A stretch of DNA of 63,997 nt, counting the filler, from Olpidium bornovanus S191 (Eukaryota; Fungi; Olpidiomycota), in assembly GCA_017911155.1 (NCBI GenBank). It is 33 parts of 33 records of this genome, joined end to end, with 100 filler letters (N's around TTAATTAATTAA, not from the genome) between each part and the next. Parts side by side here need not be neighbours in the genome. Positions count along the whole stretch, not along the records: positions 56,283 to 60,329 come from JAEFCI010002010.1; positions 60,430 to 61,489 come from JAEFCI010012607.1; positions 61,590 to 62,868 come from JAEFCI010008138.1; positions 62,969 to 63,997 come from JAEFCI010005410.1; 29 more parts are not named here. One strand, 5' to 3'. Both the position numbers and the translations under genes were made by a program. Of this stretch, positions 57,590 to 63,997 are shown in pieces (position 1 is the first letter of the stretch; each line of letters starts with the position of its first letter). The notes under the pieces are model-generated. The model saw only the letters and a program-made list of their open reading frames with translations, did not search any database and was not told the DNA's origin.

Positions 57590-59900
57590 GTCAAAAATCC
57601 GGGTCGGAGGTCAAAGACTCCTCAGTTTCACTTTCAACAGTATCTACTTTCTCGCTCCGATTCGACAATCTACAAGTAGCAAACCCTTCATCCGTTAATC
57701 GAAGACTAAATTTGTGGCGTTCATCTGTAGCCAACACTGTCGTTACTTCTTGCTCTTGACTTCCATCTGGACTTGTAATCGTCAGCGTCTCTGTTCCATC
57801 AGTGTGACAGTGTTGCAAGCATTGTATCAAAGCACGTGCCGTCTGACCCAGAATCACGTTATAGCCGAGCTTCTCTTGTAAAAACACGGTGCACGGTAAA
57901 AGTCACATCACCAATTGCTACTTCTACATTCGGGCAGGCGCCGGCCAATTGATTTTCACCCGTAGAAGTAACCCTCGTCCAACCTGGTCACGGATCGTAT
58001 GGTATCCGCGCCTCCTGAGCTATCCAACTTTTCATCACAGTAATTTCTGATCCACTGTCCACCAAGGCTCGTACTGTCCACCCAAGCTTGGGCACAAAAA
58101 GATCAACCTCTGGACACGCGCGGCTCCAGCAGGAAGGCAGCGTCATTGTCGAAGCCCTTTGTCCGCCTTCCTCGTTGGTCTCCACGACCTTCACGTTCTG
58201 CGCATTACTCTGAACGGTGTCGCGTGGCTGTCTCCATTCGTCGGAACTGGAATTGACGGCCAACCGCTCGTACCGTCGCAGGAGTGCACGAGTTCATGAA
58301 CGTCTTAACACCCATTGTCATTTGCGCCCCCAGAACCGCTCGAACGGCCATCTGCTCGGGATCCTGAAGCTCCTGAATTGGCGCCTTCAGTTTTCCTCTC
58401 TCGTTCGGTGCTGTCGTTTTGGCCGATCCAGTCAAGGTCTCCGTTTCCAAATCTAAGGCTCGAGATTCCAAATTCGGCGGATGAAGTTCCTCGTTAGGCC
58501 CGAACTCCTGCGTCGCCTCCGGTACAGATCTTATTATTCTGCTTCGCAACAGATTCTCTATCCGTGGTTGTAGCGCCACCCGTGTTTTCTTCCGGCTACT
58601 GTCACTCTCGGGTATTCTCGTCCGTTTCTCTTCAACCCCCACTTGATGCCTTACTCCCACTTCTTGTTGACCCTGCCTCCCTAGCCGAATAGAACGTGAT
58701 CCTCCCCGTTGACCCAGGGGCTCATTGTTAGCTCCTGTCCCTGCGCTCCTGTCACCACCTTCAGACAGCACGAGTCGCCGAATCCCGCCCATTCCTGCCG
58801 GTGGCGGCACAAACACAACACCGTCCGGTCGAGTAATCCTTCCGTCCTTGAAAATGATAGCTCCTTGATGAATTGCCATTGATAGGTCCCAACAAAAGCG
58901 CTTGGTATGTCCAGTTTCGTCGCACCAAAGGCACCTCAACGGCAAGTTCCCCTGCGGGCCCACAGCTATTGGTACTGATGGTTTTGTCATCAACGGAATC
59001 TCTTTGCTCCCACCGCTTCATTGCACACGATGGAATGCATCCAAATCTTTTGCCAGCGAAGCCTGAAAAGGGCACAACTGGTTCATCTGTTCGGTCAATG
59101 CTTTCATCGGGTCAGTCACTTTAGTCGGACCCTTGTCATCATCTGCCGCCGTTCTCGCTTTCACAGTGTTCCGAAGAAAATGTGCCCCCGTTGCTTTTTC
59201 TCGAGCTACTCCTCCTTCACGTCGAGCAATTTCCTTGACCTTTTGCCAATCCTCTGTATATTTCCCGTCCCCGCACAAGTGCTCATACATAAGATCCTTC
59301 CATTCCTTCGGCAAGGATTCCAAATACGCTCGGGGCTTGTCCACGAAGGCAAGTCGACTCCGAGGATCCAGTTCATTATATTTCTTTTCAAAAAGACGCA
59401 AAATTTCGTAAGGGTCCGCTGACTTCTCGCTCAGAATCCATTCCGAGAACCGAGCGGTCATCATCCGACTTTCATCTTCCAAATTAAATTCCGCCCGTAA
59501 CTTTTCTTTGAATGTCGTCCATTCCGCTGTGGATTTTAGATCCTCCAGGACGTCCTGAACTTGCTGTTCTGACTCTGGGTGTACAGTGAATAAGAAGGTC
59601 TTCTTCTTCTCACTCGTCGACAAATCTAAGGGCCGGAAGTACAGGTCAAACTTTTTTAAATATGCCGTTATGTCTTTCATGCGAAAGTAATCATTCTTAG
59701 CAACGAATTCCCGCAGTGTCATTTTGATTTCATCCCGTCAATGAGCTTTGTCTAAACGCAGTTGTGCTGCCAAGAGCAGCTCTTCAACTCTTTGCGTTGA
59801 CCTCGAACCCGGACCCGACTCTGCCCCTAACCGAATCGTCTTCAGCCCCATAGGGGTCTCCTCGGATTCCCCGTCTGACGCCGAGGTTGGGTGTTCTCGC
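57590..59900 (-). mobile_element. Decayed Ty3/gypsy-type gag, zinc knuckle and aspartic protease
   Basis: Gag-like ORF 59018-59722; CLWCDETGHTKRFC CCHC knuckle in the same frame after a TGA; ALVDSGSEITVM protease motif and YNVILG. No RT recognised downstream. Possible PBS TGGCACTCCCGGGCAGG at 60230-60246. Confidence 0.85.
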
Positions 59901-60666
59901 CATGCCACCTCCTCTCCTCGAGATCCCATGGTCCCGTTGTGCGTGCAGTTGCTGCTCTCACCCTCGTGACCACTCGTGTTTGTTACACTTTCGCCTCCTC
60001 TGCTCTCGATTTTGCTTCCGTAACCGCCACTCTCGTCCCCATGGCGCTTGTGCTTGTCGCCGTCGCCTGTGGTCGTCGCTCGTCGTCACTCTCGGTCCCG
60101 CAACGCTTGTGCTTGTTGCCGTCGCTTGCCGTCGCCGCTCGTTATCCGTCACTCGGCGTCGCCGCTCGTCGTCCGTCACTCGTCGTCGTCTTCCGTCGTC
60201 GCCGCCCAAACCGTCCCTACAAATGCCTTCCTGCCCGGGAGTGCCAACTATTGCATAACTAAGACCAAGAAGGGCAGGTTTTCGAGGCGGCGCAGGGCCT
60301 CTTGTTCGTGGGACGGTAATTGCCGAGAGNNNNNNNNNNNNNNNNNNNNNNNNNNNNNNNNNNNNNNNNNNNNTTAATTAATTAANNNNNNNNNNNNNNN
60401 NNNNNNNNNNNNNNNNNNNNNNNNNNNNNCATGGAGCGCTGGTGGCAACGAGCGTTGATTCGAACACGGTTGTTTACCGTGAGAACAGCTAGGTCTGCGA
60501 AGAGCTTGTGATTACGTCGAATTCGGCATCCGCTGCGGCCGATGCGGCATTTTGGACGCGTCCGTTTTTCGCACTCAATCCAATGGCGGACATCAGGGTC
60601 TCGCGTTCTCAAGGCGAAAACGTCCCCCGTTGTCCCGATCGACCCTGACGCCGCTTTCCAGCTTTT

Positions 60667-61385
60667 TTAGATATTCTCGTCCGCGAACAGATCGACGTCC
60701 TCCCAAACTCGTTCTCCTACACCCCGCAGAACACAATTCGCGTCCCTGTCGACCGCTTCCACTTGATCCCGCGCGAGACGTAAATTGGTTACTTGTCCGC
60801 GCGCAAAATACCCCTTTCCTCCCCCTCCCCCTTCTCCTAGGCCGCGGGCGAAAGCTTTCCACGTCACAGGAAAAAACGCAGCCTGCTGGGAGAACACTCA
60901 CGATCGTCCTCCTCGTCCAACGGGGGAAGGTCTTTCAGGTGCTCCTCCGGCGCGACTGTTTCTGAGCGAAATACGGGAGCAGTGAGGAACCGGCGCCAAC
61001 CCTCCTTCCCTTCCCCCGCGCCGCGCCTTTCCTCCTCTTCCCCCTCACACGCCGGGAAATGAATACCGGCCACCCGAAATAATAAAAAGGGAAACCCGCT
61101 GACCGTCAGCCGGAAGCTCGTCCGCACGCCACTCGTCGTCGACGATGTCGACGAGCACCGCGTCGGCCAGGTGGACGTTAGAGTACTGGCTGTCCTGGCA
61201 AAGTTATTGATCCGCGGAAAAAAGAGGACGGGACCCGCGCGGGAGAGAGGAAGGGAAGGGGTGTTGGTGTAGGAGAGGAGGGAAGCCGCGTCAGGAAGGC
61301 CGGACTTTCCCGCGTCGACAGCCGCGGCCGGCCCCAGGCCGGGTGGGGGAAAGGGCGGGGGGAGGGGTGGGGGGGGGCTTGCCAT
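60667..61385 (-). CDS. APC13: Anaphase-promoting complex subunit Apc13-like, spliced
   Basis: Reconstructed M|DSQYSNVHLADAVLVDIVDDEWRADELPAD...VAPEEHLKDLPPLDEEDD...ERVWEDVDL resembles fungal Apc13 (MDSNYNYVH...W..D.LP.D...EHLPP...W.DL). Confidence 0.75.
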
Positions 61386-61589
61386 GATTATTCGGGGCGG
61401 GACCGCGGGCGCGCCGGCTCCCGTGCGCGCGGGGCGTGGGGGTGTGTCTCTCGCTGAGGGTCGGTCGGGCGGGCGGGATTTTCCGGCGGNNNNNNNNNNN
61501 NNNNNNNNNNNNNNNNNNNNNNNNNNNNNNNNNTTAATTAATTAANNNNNNNNNNNNNNNNNNNNNNNNNNNNNNNNNNNNNNNNNNNN

Positions 61590-62463
61590 CTCAACTTGAA
61601 CACGCAGGTCCGGATGGGGATCCCGATGGAGCGCCAGATCGGCTCGCTGAGGATGGTCGTCCTCTACGTCCTGTCGGGAGTCGGCGGAAACCTTTTCGGC
61701 GCCATCATGACGGACACAGGTTAGATTTCTCCCCTCTTCCTCCCCACGTTCTTCACCCCTGACCCTCCCTCCGCCGAGGCCAATCCCTCGAGCTTTTTTT
61801 TTTTTTTTTTGCCGGGAGTGCTCTACTTCGCGCGAGGTGACGAGGGTGAGACGGGTGGGGGGGCTGATTTTACGTTTCCGTTTTTTTTTTTTTTTTTTTT
61901 TTTTTTTTGCGTATCCCGGCCTGGCTCCGCGGACGCGCGCGCGCGCGGAGGAATCCGCCGGTTTTTTTTTTTTTTTTTTTCCTTTGGTTTTCCGTGTTCC
62001 TTCCCCCGCGCTCTCGCTCGCAGTGTCCGTCGGGGTCTCCAGCTCCCTGTACGGGCTGTACGGGCTGCTCTGCCTGGACCTCTTCCAGAACTGGCCGCTG
62101 CTGTCCACGCCGTGGCGGGACGCCGCGCAGTTGCTCCTGCAGGTGGCGTTCGCGCTCGCGCTCGGGGTGGTGTTCCCGTACATCGACAACTACGCGCACG
62201 TCGGCGGCTTCGTTGTCGGCCTCCTTGGCGGCCTGGCGCTGATGCCGACGATCAAGTTCGGCCGCGCCGACCGCGCCCGCAAGTTCCTGCTCAAGTGGGC
62301 GAGCGTGCCCGTCCTCGCCGGCCTGCTGTCCTACGGGTTCTGGACGTTCTACGGCAGCGCTGGCGCCGAGCCCGCCTGCCGCTGGTGCTACTACCTCAAC
62401 TGCGCCGTCGAGTTCTGGTGCCCCAGGTCGTCCAACGTCGGGCAGCCGCAGGCGTCGTCTTAA
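61590..62463 (+). CDS. Rhomboid-family intramembrane protease, 3' part
   Basis: GIPMERQIGSLRMVVLYVLSGVGGNLFG, SVGVSSSLYG, IDNYAHVGGFVVG and the C-terminal CRWCYYLNC. Confidence 0.93.
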
Positions 62464-62729
62464 ATCAACAAAAAAAAAGAAAGAAATAAAAAGAAAATAA
62501 AAATAAAAGGAGAAAGAAACAATCCAAACCGCAAACATTTTTATTTTCTCACATGTGGAGCATCCCTCTCTCTTCCCCCCCCCCCCCCCCTTCCCCCCCC
62601 CCCCCCCCCCCAACCACACACACACACACACATCTCCTCCCATAATGCACAACTTTTTTTATTTTCGCCGTTATCGTTGTCCAGGAAGCTTATAGAACTA
62701 TATAAACCAGCTCACGGGCGGTTTCTCGT

Positions 62730-62868
62730 TCATGCGTCTCTCTTACGCATGGCGATCTGATCACGATAATTTGTGAACTTCATCCGGTCCAACGGTTTGG
62801 TGAAGATGTCAGCTGGGTTATCGACCGACGGGACTCTCCTGATCCCGATGGTCCCTTCGGCCACGCTC
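62730..62868 (-). mobile_element. Ty1/copia pol C-terminus (RNase H end)
   Basis: VAEGTIGIRRVPSVDNPADIFTKPLDRMKF...*; no PPT or LTR seen downstream. Confidence 0.9.
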
Positions 62869-63332
62869 NNNNNNNNNNNNNNNNNNNNNNNNNNNNNNNN
62901 NNNNNNNNNNNNTTAATTAATTAANNNNNNNNNNNNNNNNNNNNNNNNNNNNNNNNNNNNNNNNNNNNCTTTCCCGTCTTTCGGTCCTTTTCCTGCTTTT
63001 CCCTCCTTTCCATCCGGTCTGGATTTACCTGGTGGGGGGGAGGGGGGGGGAGGGCAGGGGGGTGTGGAGAGTGCCACCGGTGTTTTGTTCCAATAAGGGG
63101 CACAGGAAAAAAAGGGGGGGTTGCACACAGGGAAAACAAGCCAAAAAAGGAGCCAAAAAAAGGGAGACGCAGGGAGGCGCAGGGAGGAGCAAGCCAAAAA
63201 AAGGGAGCCAAAAAAAGCGGGACGGGAGGACAGAGAGGACAAAAAATACGGGACGGAAAGACGGGAAGACTTGGGGACACGGGGGGACAGTAAAAAAAAT
63301 AATGCTGCCAGAAAGGGAGACTGAGGCAAAGT

Positions 63333-63498
63333 TGTGTTCAGTGGCAGGGAGCATCCCCAAGAAAGGTACCGGCCAACTGGGAAAAAAATGCCAGTTGCCG
63401 TGGGGCCGAAGGGACTGACGTGGACGGCACATAAAATCTCTGATGACAGGCCGTTCACTCCTCATCAACCTACCCATTTTTCCTGGGCTTTTCCCTCC
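63333..63498 (-). ncRNA. HDV-like (delta) ribozyme candidate
   Basis: P1 GGAGGGA/UCCCUUC (7 bp), P2 UGUG/CACA, P3 CCG/CAG (1 mismatch), L3 UCCACGU, P1.1 CC/GG at canonical spacing, J4/2 CUGAA (C at 63341). J1/2 folds into two hairpins; the P4 junction is non-canonical. Confidence 0.55.
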
Positions 63499-63997
63499 AG
63501 TGTTTTCTCGCCAGTGTTTTTGGCGTTTCCCGTGTTTTCAATGAAAGCTAAGTGACGGTGACAGTACTTTTACTGGCCTTTCTTTTACAGAACTCAAATG
63601 TTGTTTCCTTCGTTTGTTCTGCAGTATGAAAGAGACCGACAAGTTTTTTGGGTTCACCGGCAGCAGCAGCGGGAATGATGGTGGGGGCAGGGGGAAAGAC
63701 CGCGGTGCGGGGGCCGATGCCTCCAAGGTGAGCATTTCCATTTGACATTTCCATTTGCTTTTCCTTGAATATTCCCCACCTTACATTTTTCTTGGCATTT
63801 CGACGGGAGACACATTTCCAGTATTGGTGCAAATATTTGCAGGCTTACAAGTAGAGTTCAGCTCAGATTGCTGCTGTCTCATGACGTCTCCTATTGGTGC
63901 AGACAGCAAGGTCATTATGCCCGGCACTGCCCGGATCGTTTACAACAAAAGACGGCTTCCGAGGGTGCCGGGTTTTGCAACAAGGTTATTGATGACA

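Overview
This window is not one locus. It is 33 short eukaryotic contigs (about 1-4 kb) joined by 32 artificial 100-bp linkers (44 N + TTAATTAATTAA + 44 N), so adjacency across linkers means nothing. The DNA is GC-rich, with short GT-AG introns and many poly-C/G and poly-A/T tracts. Fungal-type housekeeping genes (VTC4, MYO2, VIP1, KGD1, RET2, SUI1, allantoinase, APC13) occur with centriole/flagellum genes (CEP120, CFAP58-like, IQCA1/DRC11). This points to a zoosporic, early-diverging fungus, chytrid- or Olpidium-like (inference). Most genes are truncated at contig ends. There are several decayed Ty1/copia and Ty3/gypsy pieces. The most notable signals are non-coding: a near-consensus type-P1 twister ribozyme (31023-31102, minus) downstream of a likely first exon, an HDV-like ribozyme candidate (63333-63498, minus), and an unclassified 70-75 nt structured module with GNRA/UUCG tetraloops. 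That module occurs four times and terminates a ~1 kb non-coding element shared by two unlinked contigs. Also notable are SMG1 kinase (lost in yeasts), a decayed bacterial-type PAS sensor, a minimal SET protein with an altered motif, an F-box-ankyrin protein and an orphan secreted protein. All homology calls are from motif recognition by eye; no searches were run.
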